Assembly (NCBI GenBank): GCA_035703635.1 | Contig: DASSXV010000021.1 | Location: forward strand, 1-64,000 | Reading direction: 5' to 3' | Source: Trueperaceae bacterium | GTDB taxonomy: Bacteria; Deinococcota; Deinococci; Deinococcales; Trueperaceae | DNA length: 64,000 nucleotides | In this document: one piece after another, positions 9,297 through 20,335 of the stretch | Layout: each line of letters opens with the position of its first letter | Numbering within the stretch: the stretch's first letter is position 1 | Program-made: the position numbers and the translations under genes | Notes under the pieces: model-generated | Told to the model about the DNA's origin: nothing | What the model saw: only the letters and a program-made list of their open reading frames with translations | The model's database searches: none

Positions 9297-9824
9297 ATGA
9301 GAAGCCGCCTCTTCCGCACCGCGCGCCCGGCGCGCCAACTGCTCTCCTTACTCACCTTCGCCTTGGTCGTCTTGTCTAGCGGCACCGCCGCCGCTCAGGG
9401 CAGCAACCCGATCACGTTCCGCAGCGAGATCTACGTGGTCAGCCAGGTCACGCTGGCTGACGGAACGAAAGAGGAACGCTTCACCGCCGCAACGCAAGCG
9501 ATACCCGGTCAGGTGGTCGAGTTCCGCATCTTCGCTAAGAACGCCGGCGAAACGACCTTGCCTGCCGGCGTCGTGCAGATCTACGGCCCCGTGCAGAGTG
9601 GCATGGAGTTCGTAGCTAACTCGGCGACCCCCAGCTCGACCGAGGTGCTCACCGAGTTCTCCGTCGACGGCGTCAACTTCTCGGAACCGCCCGTCCTCGT
9701 CGGGCCAACCTCCGACCGCCGCGTGGCCGAGCCAACCGAGTACACGATGATCCGCTGGACGCTCCTCATACCCATGGAACCGGGCCAGGAAGAGCCGTTC
9801 TACTACCGCGTGGTCCTCAAGTGA
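9297..9824 (+). CDS. secreted DUF11-like beta-sandwich protein
   Basis: Signal peptide ending AAA-Q; PGQVVEFRI.AKN.G, FSVDG..FS.PP, YT.IRWTL. Confidence 0.7.
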   Translation: MRSRLFRTARPARQLLSLLTFALVVLSSGTAAAQGSNPITFRSEIYVVSQVTLADGTKEERFTAATQAIPGQVVEFRIFAKNAGETTLPAGVVQIYGPVQSGMEFVANSATPSSTEVLTEFSVDGVNFSEPPVLVGPTSDRRVAEPTEYTMIRWTLLIPMEPGQEEPFYYRVVLK

Positions 9825-9837
9825 GCGATCGCCAGGC

Positions 9838-11796
9838 CTAGGACTTACCGGCGCGCTCCTGGTACTGCAGCTCGTAAAGCTTGCGGTAGTAGCCCTCCAC
9901 CTTCAACAGCTGGAAGTGATTACCTTCCTCGATCAACCGTCCCTTACGCATGACCATGATCCGGTCGACGTCCTGGATGGTGGAGAGGCGGTGCGCGATG
10001 ATGATGCTCGTCCGGCCCTGCATCAGCTTCTTGAGGGCGTCCTGGATGAGTTCTTCGGTCTCCGTGTCGACGTTGGCGGTAGCCTCATCAAGCACGAGCA
10101 GGATGTCTGGGTTCTGCACCAACGCCCTGGCGAACGCTATCAGTTGCTTCTGACCCGTCGAGAAGCCAGCGCCGCGCTCGAGTACCGGAGTGTCGTAACC
10201 CTCGGGCAGCTTGGAGATGAAGCCGTGGGCGTTGACGAAACGCGCGGCCTCCTCCACCTGCTCCTGCGGCACGCTGTCGTCACCGAGGGTGATGTTGCTG
10301 CGCACGGTGCCTGAGAAGAGGAACGGGTCTTGCAGCACGATGCCGACGTGGCGCCGCAACTGCACTTGGTCGTAGTCCTTGACGTCTACCCCGTCGATGC
10401 TCACGCGTCCGCGCTGCACGTCGTAGAAGCGGCTGACGAGGCTGATGATGGTCGTCTTGCCTGCGCCGGTGTGCCCGACGAAAGCGACTGACTCACCAGG
10501 GGCGATCGTGAAGTCGACGCCGCGCAGCACCCAGTCCTCGTCGTCGTAAGCGAACCACACGTCGTCGAACTTGACTTCGCCGCGGAAAGGCTGCTCGAAG
10601 CGCAGGGCGTCCGGCTTGTCTGCGACCTGTTCCGGGGTGTCGAGGAGGCCGAAGATGCGCTCGCTTGACGCCATGGCCGCCTGGATGATGTTGAACTTGT
10701 CAGACAGGTCCTGCAACGGCCTGAAGAACATGCCGGAGTACTGGATGTACGCCACTAGCACGCCGATGGTCACGAACGACTCAACCCCAGGTATGAGCTT
10801 GGTGCCCGCGTAGTACAGGATCAGGGCCGTCGAGATGGCGCTCATGATGCCAACGGTCGGGAAGAAGAGGCTGAACCAGCGCACCTGCTCGTTGTTGGCG
10901 TCGAGGAGTTCGAGGTTCACCTCGTCGAAGCGCCGCGCATTACGCGCCTCACGGTTGAACACCTGCACGGTCTTCATTCCGCTGAGGTTCTCGGCCAAGT
11001 AGGCGTTGGAGCGCGAGGTGCGCAACCGCACGGCGCGGTAAGCCATGCGAATGCGGCGGCGCAGCAGGTTGAGGAGCAGGAACAGCGGCGGCATGACGAT
11101 CAGGGTGATGAGCGCCATGCGCCAGTTGATGGTGAACATGTAGAAGAGCAGACCGGCCATGAGGCCGACGTCCGCGATCAGGCCAACGACGCCGTCCGTC
11201 ATCATCTGCTGGATGGCGTCGACGTCGCTAGTAATGCGGGTGATGAGGCGACCGACCGGCGTGCGGTCGAAGAAGCCCATGTGCAGCCGCTGGATCTTGG
11301 TGAACATCTCGCGCCTGACGTCGAAGATGATGCGTTGCCCAAGCCACGAGATGAGGTAGGTGTAACCGTAACGCAGGACGAAACTGCCGAGGCGCAAGCT
11401 CATGTAGAGGATGACGACCATCCAAAGCCCCTGCAGGCGCGCGTCCATGGTCAGGCTGGCGAACGGTTCGGCGCTCGCGATGATGTAGTTATCGAGCGCG
11501 CGGGCGAGGAGGGTCGGGAAGATCGGCGCCAAGGCGCTGTTGAGCAGCAGCAACCCCACCCCGAGAACCAGCTGTAGGCGGTAAGGCCTGAGGTAGCGCA
11601 GCAGCCTGAGCATGATGCCCTGGTCGTACGCTTTCTCGAACGCCTCCCCGTCCTCGTCGCGAACGCTCTCGGCGCGCATGATGCGGCGGCGCTCGCGGCT
11701 GCGGGTGCGGTAGGCGTCTTTGGCTTCCTTGACGGAGTAGTCAGGTATGTCGGTGTCCAGCAGGTCGCGCGGGCGGCGGTCGGCAGAAGTGATCAC
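9838..11796 (-). CDS. ABC exporter, fused TMD-NBD subunit
   Basis: Walker A GHTGAGKT, signature FSTGQ, Walker B LVLDEATANVD, AHR. Confidence 0.93.
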   Translation of the reverse strand: MITSADRRPRDLLDTDIPDYSVKEAKDAYRTRSRERRRIMRAESVRDEDGEAFEKAYDQGIMLRLLRYLRPYRLQLVLGVGLLLLNSALAPIFPTLLARALDNYIIASAEPFASLTMDARLQGLWMVVILYMSLRLGSFVLRYGYTYLISWLGQRIIFDVRREMFTKIQRLHMGFFDRTPVGRLITRITSDVDAIQQMMTDGVVGLIADVGLMAGLLFYMFTINWRMALITLIVMPPLFLLLNLLRRRIRMAYRAVRLRTSRSNAYLAENLSGMKTVQVFNREARNARRFDEVNLELLDANNEQVRWFSLFFPTVGIMSAISTALILYYAGTKLIPGVESFVTIGVLVAYIQYSGMFFRPLQDLSDKFNIIQAAMASSERIFGLLDTPEQVADKPDALRFEQPFRGEVKFDDVWFAYDDEDWVLRGVDFTIAPGESVAFVGHTGAGKTTIISLVSRFYDVQRGRVSIDGVDVKDYDQVQLRRHVGIVLQDPFLFSGTVRSNITLGDDSVPQEQVEEAARFVNAHGFISKLPEGYDTPVLERGAGFSTGQKQLIAFARALVQNPDILLVLDEATANVDTETEELIQDALKKLMQGRTSIIIAHRLSTIQDVDRIMVMRKGRLIEEGNHFQLLKVEGYYRKLYELQYQERAGKS

Positions 11797-13556
11797 GCGA
11801 CCTCCAGGTCGGACTCGAGCTGTTGCCTGCGGTCCATGTCTGCGTACCAGCCGCCGAGCTCGAGGAGCTCCTCGTGAGTGCCCTGCTCGGCAACGCGGCC
11901 GTCCTCGAGAACTAGCACGCGGTGAGCGTTCTGGAAGGCGCTTATCCGGTGCGCCACGATCAGGGTGGTGCGGCCGACCTGCGCCTCGGCGAGGCCAGCG
12001 AGGATGCGCGCCTCCGTCTGCGTGTCGACGGCCGAGAGCGCGTCGTCGAACATCAGGATGGCCGGCTCGCGCACGAGCGCCCTGGCGATGGCCGTGCGCT
12101 GACGCTGGCCGCCGGAGAGCGTGACGCCGCGCTCGCCAAGGCGCGTGTTGAAGCCTTGCGGGAAGTCTGCGACGTCCTCTGCGAGTTGCGCTAGCTCAGC
12201 GGCGCGCAGCACCAGCGGCTCGAGCACCTCGGCTGGGGCTTCGGGTAAGCCGTAGGCGATGTTGTCGGCGATGGTGTCAGAGAAGAGGAACGGCTCCTGT
12301 GGCACGAGACCGATGAAGCGCCGCAGCACCTCGACGGGGAAGAGCTTGTGATCGATGCCGTCGATGAGGATCTGCCCCTCGTCCGGATCCATGACGCGCG
12401 CGATGAGGTTGACGATGAGCGTCTTGCCCGCGCCGGTGCGGCCGGTGATTCCCACGGCCTCGCCCTCTTCGATCGCGAAGCTGACGCGGTCAAGTGCCTT
12501 CACGCCGTCGAACGTGACAGAAACGTCCTTGAACTCGATGTGGCCCTTGACGCTGCGCAACTCGTAGTTCGTGTGAGGACCATCGGCCACCTTCGGCACC
12601 GAGGTGAGGATCTCGTTCAACCGGCCCCACGAAGTAGTGCCGCGCTGCACCAGGCTGCCGATCCAGCCAAGTGAGATCATTGGCCACTGGATGCCCTCGT
12701 AGAGGAACACGAAGCTCGAGAACTCGCCGACGGACAGGTTCCCGCCGATGCCGAGAACGAGCCGGCCGCCGATGAGGAGCAGGAGCGACATCGTGACGCC
12801 GAAGAGGAACTCCATCATGGGGAAGAGCGGACCGTCGACGCGCGTTAGCGCCAAGTTGCGCTTGACGAACTCGTCGTTCAGTCGCCCGAAGGTGCTGACC
12901 TCGCGGTCCTCGATCCCGAAGCCCTTGACCACTCTTATGCCCGAGAAGTTCTCCTGCGCCATGGAGGAGACGTCGGAGAACTGCTCCTGGACGTACTTGT
13001 AACGGCGGTGCACCACGCGGAGGAGGAGGTAGAACGTCAGGGAAATGAGCGGCGCGGTGGTCAAGGTGATCAGCGAGAGCTGAGGGCTGAGGCTGAACAT
13101 GCGGTAGAACGTGAAACCGAACAGGAAGATGGTGTTGAGGCCCTGGAAGGTGGCGACGCCGGCCAGCATGCGCACGGCGCCGAGGTCGGCCGTTAGGCGC
13201 GCCATGAGGTCGCCGACCCTGGTGCGGTCGAAGTAGCCGCCGTCTAGCCGCGTGAAGTGCTTGAAGATGGCGTGGCGGATGTCGAACTGAACTTCCCAGC
13301 TGGCGTGGAGGAACACGCGCCTTACGAACACCATCGCGAACCCGGCCACGGCCATCACGCCGACGAGCGCTGCGACGTACAGCCACAGCTTGCCGTAGGT
13401 CATCGTCTGATTACGGAACTCGTCGATGGCCCGGCCCGGAATGATGGGGGTCAGGGTCGAGAAGAAGCCGTTGATGACGATGAGAAGCATTCCCAACGCC
13501 AACTTCCAACGGTGGTGGCGCAGGTAGGGCATCAGGTCACGGAAGGTCTTTAACAC
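11793..13556 (-). CDS. ABC exporter, fused TMD-NBD subunit (degenerate Walker B)
   Basis: Walker A GRTGAGKT, LSGGQRQR, ILMFDDALSAVD; 4-bp overlap with partner gene. Confidence 0.93.
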   Translation of the reverse strand: MLKTFRDLMPYLRHHRWKLALGMLLIVINGFFSTLTPIIPGRAIDEFRNQTMTYGKLWLYVAALVGVMAVAGFAMVFVRRVFLHASWEVQFDIRHAIFKHFTRLDGGYFDRTRVGDLMARLTADLGAVRMLAGVATFQGLNTIFLFGFTFYRMFSLSPQLSLITLTTAPLISLTFYLLLRVVHRRYKYVQEQFSDVSSMAQENFSGIRVVKGFGIEDREVSTFGRLNDEFVKRNLALTRVDGPLFPMMEFLFGVTMSLLLLIGGRLVLGIGGNLSVGEFSSFVFLYEGIQWPMISLGWIGSLVQRGTTSWGRLNEILTSVPKVADGPHTNYELRSVKGHIEFKDVSVTFDGVKALDRVSFAIEEGEAVGITGRTGAGKTLIVNLIARVMDPDEGQILIDGIDHKLFPVEVLRRFIGLVPQEPFLFSDTIADNIAYGLPEAPAEVLEPLVLRAAELAQLAEDVADFPQGFNTRLGERGVTLSGGQRQRTAIARALVREPAILMFDDALSAVDTQTEARILAGLAEAQVGRTTLIVAHRISAFQNAHRVLVLEDGRVAEQGTHEELLELGGWYADMDRRQQLESDLEVA

Positions 13557-13715
13557 TCGACTCCTAGGCGGCAGCGGGGCGCCCGGCGCTAACGCAGGTC
13601 GCCAGGTAGTGGCTCCGTAGGGCGCGCGGGGCGGGGAGGCTGGTTCGGCGGCGATAGCCCTTCATAGGCAAACGCCGAAAATGCTAGCGGCAACTATACC
13701 TGCTAGTCAGAACAG

Positions 13716-15446
13716 TCATGGTACCAGCAGCGGCTCACCGTATGGAACCCCGCCGATGAGCAACTCGAAGGTCACGGGGCCAGCCGTTACGGTCGTCCAG
13801 GAGCCGCGCAGGACCTCGCCGCCTCGGACGGTGACCATCCCAACGAGCTGCCTGTTGCCCTCCAGATCGGACGCCCACACGGCGCCCTGCTGCGTGCGGA
13901 TGCCGGGCTGGATGGTCCAGGCGTACGCCACGCTCCGCAAGCTCGGTTGGCGCACCACCGCCCACACGCCGTCGGCCGTGAGAGGGATGGGGTGCGCGTT
14001 GACGGTGAGTACTAGCGTCGCGCCATCACCCGCCGCGCCAGCGCCCGGCTGCGGTTCCTGGGCGACGACGCCAGCTGGCAGGCCGGGGTTGCCTAACGTA
14101 ACGACCTGTAGGTCCCAACCAGCCGCCACCTCGCGGGCGCGCGCCAACGGCAGGCCAACCACGTCAGGCGCGCCGCCGCCAGTCACTGGGTTGGCCGGCT
14201 CGCCGCCCTGGATCACGAGGCGCAACACGGCAGCGTCACGCGGCACGGCAACGTACGGCGCCAGCGACTGATCGATGACGGTGCCGCGGGCGCCGGTCGC
14301 CGAGACGATCTCGTCCACGAACACGCGGTCGGGAGTGATGCCAGCAACGAGGGCGATGGCGGTCGCAGAGTTTACGTCGAGGCCGACGAGGTCAGGAACG
14401 AACGTTTGGGGAGGCTGCGGCCCGAGGCTGACGAGCACCGCCACCGGGTTACCGCTGCCCGTCTGGCTGCCAGCGTCGAGGTCCTGCGCCAACACCACGC
14501 CAGCCGGACTAGCAGCGTGCAAGCGCGCCACCTCACCGAGGCGCAAGCCTGCCCCCTCGAGCGCGTTACGAACCTCGTCAGGGTAGGAGAGGCCAACGAG
14601 GGCAGGCACGGCCGTTGGCGCCAACTCGCCGGGGGGCAGCGCGTAGCGCAACTCCACGGTGCGTCCTGGCCGGAGGTTAGTGCCGACGGTCGGCTCGACG
14701 GCGATCACTGTGCCTGGCGCTTCTTCCGACATGAGGGGAGTGGCGTTCACGCCAAGTCCTAGCTCGATGAGGGCCTTCGCCGCGGCTTGAGCGTCCTGTC
14801 CGAGTATGGCGGGCACGGTGACGACGGTGTCTACTCGCGCCGACCAGAACCCAGCAAGCGTGATCACGACCGCGAGCAGGCCGACAAGCAGCGCCAAGCC
14901 CCACGAGATGGCCCGCTGCGGCAAGCGGCCGATGTACTCGGCCCCACGTAGCAGCGGCGGTTGCTGCTGGCGCAGTGGACGCTCGCGCTCAGCGCTCCCC
15001 TGGTGCCGTGGTGGTTGACTCTCCTCGCGCTCGACTGTCCGCCTGGCGCCGAACGTCAGGCCGTAAAGCAAGACTTTGGGTGGGCGGGTCGACAGCCGGC
15101 GAGCGTCGTAGGCCTGGCGTCCGTAGCCTGCGCTCCGCAGGGCCTCAGCCAGGTCGGTGGGCAGGGCGCCGTCCAGCACGGGCGTCGCGCCGGCGGGTGG
15201 CCGTTCCCATGCCACGTAATGAGCGCCGGGGCGGGCGATGACGTCGTGAACAGCCGCTAGGCCGGCCCTCTTGAGGTGACGCAGTTGGCGGCGGTAGTCC
15301 TCGAACGGGCCTTCTTGGTCGGCCGCTAGGTCGAACCACTCGATGCGCAACGGCGCCCCGTCCGGCGCCGTCGCCTCGAAGAGAGTGAGGCCATCGTCCA
15401 GCGCGCGCTGAGCGATGACCTCATACCTACCGTCTAGTAACGACAT
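13716..15446 (-). CDS. PASTA-domain membrane protein with vestigial kinase-like N-terminus
   Basis: LLDGRYEV start, TM helix, four PASTA repeats (VPAILG, VPALVG, VPDLVG, APDVVG). Confidence 0.85.
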   Translation of the reverse strand: MSLLDGRYEVIAQRALDDGLTLFEATAPDGAPLRIEWFDLAADQEGPFEDYRRQLRHLKRAGLAAVHDVIARPGAHYVAWERPPAGATPVLDGALPTDLAEALRSAGYGRQAYDARRLSTRPPKVLLYGLTFGARRTVEREESQPPRHQGSAERERPLRQQQPPLLRGAEYIGRLPQRAISWGLALLVGLLAVVITLAGFWSARVDTVVTVPAILGQDAQAAAKALIELGLGVNATPLMSEEAPGTVIAVEPTVGTNLRPGRTVELRYALPPGELAPTAVPALVGLSYPDEVRNALEGAGLRLGEVARLHAASPAGVVLAQDLDAGSQTGSGNPVAVLVSLGPQPPQTFVPDLVGLDVNSATAIALVAGITPDRVFVDEIVSATGARGTVIDQSLAPYVAVPRDAAVLRLVIQGGEPANPVTGGGAPDVVGLPLARAREVAAGWDLQVVTLGNPGLPAGVVAQEPQPGAGAAGDGATLVLTVNAHPIPLTADGVWAVVRQPSLRSVAYAWTIQPGIRTQQGAVWASDLEGNRQLVGMVTVRGGEVLRGSWTTVTAGPVTFELLIGGVPYGEPLLVP

Positions 15447-15501
15447 CCAACCCCGGTCGCTAGCAGCCAGGGGCCGCTAAGACCCCTTGAGCGCGAGTGG
15501 C

Positions 15502-17514
15502 TTAGTCGCCGGACTCGCCGGCGGGACGCGCCTCTGGTCGCGGTTCGATGGGGGGTCGACCGCTCGCGTCAGTTGCCTTGCGGCGGCGTTCCTCCTCTGC
15601 GGCGCGGCGTTCGCGCTCCTCGGCGGCCTGAGCGCGGCGCTCAGATTCGGCGGCAGTAGAGACGATCCAGTCCGTGATCTCTTCCGCCGACTTGCCTTCC
15701 TGCGCCAGTTCTTGCGCGCGGTGGATGAGCTTGCCGTCGAGCGTCTCGCGCTTCAGCAGCGCGGCGGCCACGGCTTCGACGGAGACCCAGTTGGACTCGA
15801 TCAATGCCTCGGAATCGCGGTAGGCGGCCTCCAGGATGCCGGAGACCTCCTCCTCGACTTGCCTTGCCGTCTCTTCAGAGAAGTCCTTGCGACGCGAGAT
15901 CTCACCGCCAAGGAAGATCGGCCCCTGGTCGGAGCCCCAGGCCACGAACTCTTGCGAGCCCATGCCGAGGTCGAGGACCATCTGCTTGGCCATCTCCGTG
16001 GCCTGCTTGAGGTCGTTGCTCGCGCCGGACGAGATGGTGCCGGTGGCGCGCTTCTCGGACTGGCGACCTGCGAAGGCCACCACCAACTGCGCCTTGAAGC
16101 GCCGCACGTTGTAGAACATCTCTTCTTTGGAGAGCGGCGCCATGAAGCCACCAGCTCCACCGCGCGGCATGATCGTCACCTTGCGGATGTCGCCCAGTTC
16201 GGGCTGCGCGGCGTACGCGACGGCGTGCCCGGCTTCGTGGAACGCGAGGATGCGGCGCTCCTCCTCTGACGGGACGAGGCTGCCGCGCCGTAAGCCCAAC
16301 GTGATGCGGTCGAGCGCCTCGTTGAAGTCGACCCACGTGATGACCTGCTTGTCGTTGCGCGCGGCGATGAGCGCGGCTTCGTTGGTGAGGTTCTCGAGGT
16401 CTGCGCCGGAGAAGGCGGGGGTGGCCTCCGCGAGGCGCCGCAAGCTGACGTCGTCAGTGACTGGCTTGTTGCGCACGTGAACCTTGAGGATCTCCTCGCG
16501 CTCCGTCATGGTCGGCAAACCGATGGTGACCTGGCGGTCGAAGCGCCCCGGCCGCAAGAGCGCGGGGTCGAGGATGTCTGGGCGGTTGGTGGCGGCGATG
16601 ATGATGACGGACGTGTCCTTCTCGAAACCGTCCATCTCGCTGAGGATCTGGTTGAGGGTCTGCTCGCGTTCGTCGTGCCCGCCGCCGATGCCCGCCCCGC
16701 GCCGCCGCCCGATGGAGTCGAGCTCGTCGATGAAGATGATGGATGGGGCGGATTTGCGGGCCTCCTCGAAGAGGCTACGCACGCGGCTAGCGCCGACGCC
16801 GACGAACATCTCCATGAACTCGGAAGCAGAGACCGTGAGGAACGGCACGCCAGCCTCGCCGGCAACGGCGCGCGCCAGCAGCGTCTTGCCCGTCCCCGGA
16901 GGTCCGACTAGCAGCACGCCCTTAGGGATCTCGGCGCCGATACGCAAGTACTTCTGGGGCGTCTTGAGGAAGTCGACGACCTCGATGAGCTCCTGCTTGG
17001 CCTCTTTGTGCCCGGCGACGTCGTTGAAGGTCGTGTTGACCTTGTTCTCGCGCCCGAAAGTCTTGGCGCGCGACTGGCCGAACTGCATGACCTGGTTCGG
17101 ACCTCCCTGCGAGCGCATGAGGAAGAACCAGAAGAAGCCGATAAGCAACGCGATCGGCAGGATAGAACCCAGCAATATTCCGAGCCACTGCGGCGGGTTG
17201 CGGATGGTGACGCTAGGAACGTCGGTGCGCAACTCGGTGAGTAGCGAGTCCGTGAGGATGGTGGTCGTACGGAAAGAGCGGATGGTTTGAGGTTCGCCGT
17301 TGATGACGACCTGCGACTCACTGCCTAGTTCGCCAGTGATGACACCGCTGTTGCGGTCGATGGTGACGGACGAAACCTTGCCCTTATCGACTAGTTCCGT
17401 GAAGGTGGAATAGTTGATCTCGCGGCTTCCCGAGCCAGAATTGAACTGGTTGAATACGAAGATGCCCAATATGAGGAGCATCACGACCAGCCAGGGGTTA
17501 AACGAACGTTTCAA
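15502..17514 (-). CDS. ftsH: ATP-dependent zinc metalloprotease FtsH
   Basis: Two TM helices, [46 protein letters not shown] before TTG at 17514. Confidence 0.97.
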   Translation of the reverse strand: MKRSFNPWLVVMLLILGIFVFNQFNSGSGSREINYSTFTELVDKGKVSSVTIDRNSGVITGELGSESQVVINGEPQTIRSFRTTTILTDSLLTELRTDVPSVTIRNPPQWLGILLGSILPIALLIGFFWFFLMRSQGGPNQVMQFGQSRAKTFGRENKVNTTFNDVAGHKEAKQELIEVVDFLKTPQKYLRIGAEIPKGVLLVGPPGTGKTLLARAVAGEAGVPFLTVSASEFMEMFVGVGASRVRSLFEEARKSAPSIIFIDELDSIGRRRGAGIGGGHDEREQTLNQILSEMDGFEKDTSVIIIAATNRPDILDPALLRPGRFDRQVTIGLPTMTEREEILKVHVRNKPVTDDVSLRRLAEATPAFSGADLENLTNEAALIAARNDKQVITWVDFNEALDRITLGLRRGSLVPSEEERRILAFHEAGHAVAYAAQPELGDIRKVTIMPRGGAGGFMAPLSKEEMFYNVRRFKAQLVVAFAGRQSEKRATGTISSGASNDLKQATEMAKQMVLDLGMGSQEFVAWGSDQGPIFLGGEISRRKDFSEETARQVEEEVSGILEAAYRDSEALIESNWVSVEAVAAALLKRETLDGKLIHRAQELAQEGKSAEEITDWIVSTAAESERRAQAAEERERRAAEEERRRKATDASGRPPIEPRPEARPAGESGD

Positions 17515-17713
17515 CGAAAGCCTCCAGGGTCTGGGTACCTCAATCGGCCGCGGGTGGCAAGGCTGCGGGCGCGACCGCGGGGCTCCGCGGACCAATGGTA
17601 AGAGCGTAGCACCGGACCATGAGCCAACACTGTACCGGGGCGTCAGTTCCCTTCGGGAACCTTAACGTCCGGAGCGCGCTGGCGACGTTAGTGCGCCTAC
17701 GAGACGGCGCCCG

Positions 17714-18967
17714 TCACAAGAACTTGAAGCCCTTCGGCACGGTAACGAGGCCGCCGTCTGCCACGATGAGGCCTCGCGCGCGGTCCTTGTCCAGGTCCAC
17801 GCCCAGTGTTTCGCCGTCAGGCACGACGACGTTCTTGTCGATGATGGCGTTCTTGACAACCGCGTGGCGGCCGACGGTCACATTGTCGAACAGCACGCTG
17901 TTCTCGACAGTGGCGTACGAGTTGACGCGCACGCGGCGGAACGCCACCGTGTGCCTCAACGTGGCGCCAGAGATGATCACGCCCCCGGCGAGGAGCGAGT
18001 TGAACGCCTGACCGCGGCGCCCTTCCTCCTCGTGAACGAACTTGGCTGGGGCGGAGAACTCCGCGGAGGTGCGCAGCGGCCACTCCTCGTTGTAAAGGTC
18101 GAACTCTGGCTTGACGGCTACTAGGTCCATGTTGGCTTCCCAGTAGCTCTCGAGGGTTCCGACGTCGCGCCAGTACGTGTTCGGCCCGACCTGCCCGCGG
18201 ATTGGGTTGCGGGCGAAGTCGTACGCGAAGAGCCGCTTGCCGTCGTCGAGCGCCCGCGGCAGCACGTCCTTCCCGAAATCGTGGTCCGAGTCCAGCATCT
18301 TGGCGTCGTCCTGGAGCATCTGCATGAGCGCGTCGACGGTGAAGACGTAGTTGCCCATGCTCGCGAGGCAGTGCGTCGGGCGCCCAGGCATCGGTTTCGG
18401 GGCCTCCGGCTTCTCGTTGAACTCCGTGATTCGCCAATCGTCGGCTACCTGCAGCACGCCGAAGCGCCTGCCCTCCTCGACTGGGGTCGGGTAGGCGGCG
18501 ATCGTCACGTCGGCAGCGTTGTCGAGGTGGTACTCGATCATGTGGCCGATGTCCATCTTGTAGATGTGGTCGCCAGAGAAGATGGCCACCAGGTCGGCGC
18601 GGTTGTTGTCGATCAGGTGGAGGTTCTGATAGATGGCGTCGGCCGTGCCGCGGTACCACTCGGCGCCAAGTTCCTCGTAGAGGTACATCTGCGCGGGCGC
18701 CAACGTTATGAAGTGGTCGTCTAGGAAGGTGCCGAAACGCCAGTGGCGTTGGATGTGTTCCGTCAGGCTCTGCGCCTTGAACTGCGTGAGCACGTAGATG
18801 CCGTAGACGCCAGAGTTGATCATGTTGTTGAGCGCGAAGTCGATGATGCGGTACTTGGCGCCGAAAGGCACGGCAGGCTTCGTGCGCCGCCACGTTAGGG
18901 GGTGAAGGCGCGAACCCTTGCCACCCGCGAGAACCATCCCGATAACCTTGACCTTGCGGTTGAGCAT
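17714..18967 (-). CDS. glgC: glucose-1-phosphate adenylyltransferase
   Basis: [37 protein letters not shown]. Confidence 0.97.
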   Translation of the reverse strand: MLNRKVKVIGMVLAGGKGSRLHPLTWRRTKPAVPFGAKYRIIDFALNNMINSGVYGIYVLTQFKAQSLTEHIQRHWRFGTFLDDHFITLAPAQMYLYEELGAEWYRGTADAIYQNLHLIDNNRADLVAIFSGDHIYKMDIGHMIEYHLDNAADVTIAAYPTPVEEGRRFGVLQVADDWRITEFNEKPEAPKPMPGRPTHCLASMGNYVFTVDALMQMLQDDAKMLDSDHDFGKDVLPRALDDGKRLFAYDFARNPIRGQVGPNTYWRDVGTLESYWEANMDLVAVKPEFDLYNEEWPLRTSAEFSAPAKFVHEEEGRRGQAFNSLLAGGVIISGATLRHTVAFRRVRVNSYATVENSVLFDNVTVGRHAVVKNAIIDKNVVVPDGETLGVDLDKDRARGLIVADGGLVTVPKGFKFL

Positions 18968-19085
18968 TCGCCCTCCAGACAGGCGCCAATCACTGGCGCG
19001 GAAGCGGTGGCCCTCCTGCAGGGCGCGCGGCCCCTGTCGGCGTGGCTGCATGATAGCCCGGCCTTAGCGCGGTAGCGTGGCTGTC

Positions 19086-20162
19086 ATGCAGGCGCACGAG
19101 CCCACGCTCTTCGACCATTACATCGCAGACATCCCGCTGCCGGACGGCGAGGCGGCGTTCAGACGCCAACAGCTGGGCAGTTGGGTATACGGTCACGGGG
19201 TAACCGACCCGGCGGCCATGACGAACTTGCCGCCGCGCCTCCGTGAGTGGCTGACTGCTAACCTCGGCACGCAACCGTTCGTCAAGCACCAACGGTTCCC
19301 TTCAGACGACGGCTCGGTGCGCTACCTGTTCACGCTGCGCGACGGCAAGCAGACGGAGGCCGTCTACATGCCGTACGCCGGTCGCCGCACCGTGTGCATC
19401 TCGTCAATGGTCGGCTGCCCGGCAGGCTGCGCCTTCTGCGCCACAGGCGCGCTCGGTTTCGGGCGCAACCTCACTCGCGGGGAGATCGTGGCGCAACTCG
19501 TCGAGGTAGCACGCCACGAGGGCGTGCCGCCGACGAGCATCCGCAACGTGGTCCTCATGGGCATGGGCGAGGCGCTCCTCAACTACGACAACGCCATCGG
19601 CGCCATCCGCAGTTACATCGACCCGCTCGGGCTCGATATGTCGCCGCGGCGCATCACGCTGTCGACGGTCGGGTTGCCTAACCGCATCCGTAAGCTGATG
19701 GGGGAGGGGCTGCCCCTCGTTCTCGCCGTCTCGTTGCACGCCCCAGACCAGGAGACCAGGCAGCGCATCATTCCAACCGCCCTAGCGCATACGGTGCCAG
19801 ACATCATTGACGCGTTACGCGAGTGGCAGTCGACCATCGGCCGCCGCATAACCATCGAATACACGATGCTAGAGGGCGTCAACGACCACGAGTGGCAGGC
19901 GGACAAGCTCGCGGAGCTCGTCAAGGGCCTCACCATCCACGTCAACCTCATCCCCTTCAACCCCTGGACCGACTCAGGTTTCTCCGGCACGCCCCGCGCG
20001 CGCCTTAGCGCGTTCCAGCAACGCTTGGCCGCCAAGGGGGTCAGCGTGTCGGTGCGCTTCAGCCGCGGCAGGGACGCCGGCGCCGCTTGTGGGCAGTTGG
20101 CGCTGCAGGGGGCCGACGCCGCGGCGGTAGCCGATTCCGGGGTCGTGATGCCGCTCGCCTGA
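19086..20162 (+). CDS. rlmN: 23S rRNA m2A2503 / tRNA methyltransferase RlmN
   Basis: CPAGCAFC radical SAM motif, MGMGE, SLHAP, AACGQL. Confidence 0.96.
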   Translation: MQAHEPTLFDHYIADIPLPDGEAAFRRQQLGSWVYGHGVTDPAAMTNLPPRLREWLTANLGTQPFVKHQRFPSDDGSVRYLFTLRDGKQTEAVYMPYAGRRTVCISSMVGCPAGCAFCATGALGFGRNLTRGEIVAQLVEVARHEGVPPTSIRNVVLMGMGEALLNYDNAIGAIRSYIDPLGLDMSPRRITLSTVGLPNRIRKLMGEGLPLVLAVSLHAPDQETRQRIIPTALAHTVPDIIDALREWQSTIGRRITIEYTMLEGVNDHEWQADKLAELVKGLTIHVNLIPFNPWTDSGFSGTPRARLSAFQQRLAAKGVSVSVRFSRGRDAGAACGQLALQGADAAAVADSGVVMPLA

Positions 20163-20335
20163 AGCGTTGCTGGTGGATGATTTCACAAGAACCGCCCACT
20201 GGCCCGGTATACACTTGTCGACAACTCTCGCGTGGCACGGGGTGCCGCTGAGCGAGTCGGCTGCTGGGAAGCTCCAACAGGAGGTCACCACGGACCACCT
20301 CTGGCAGCACCGACCACAGCGATCTGGAGGCAGGC

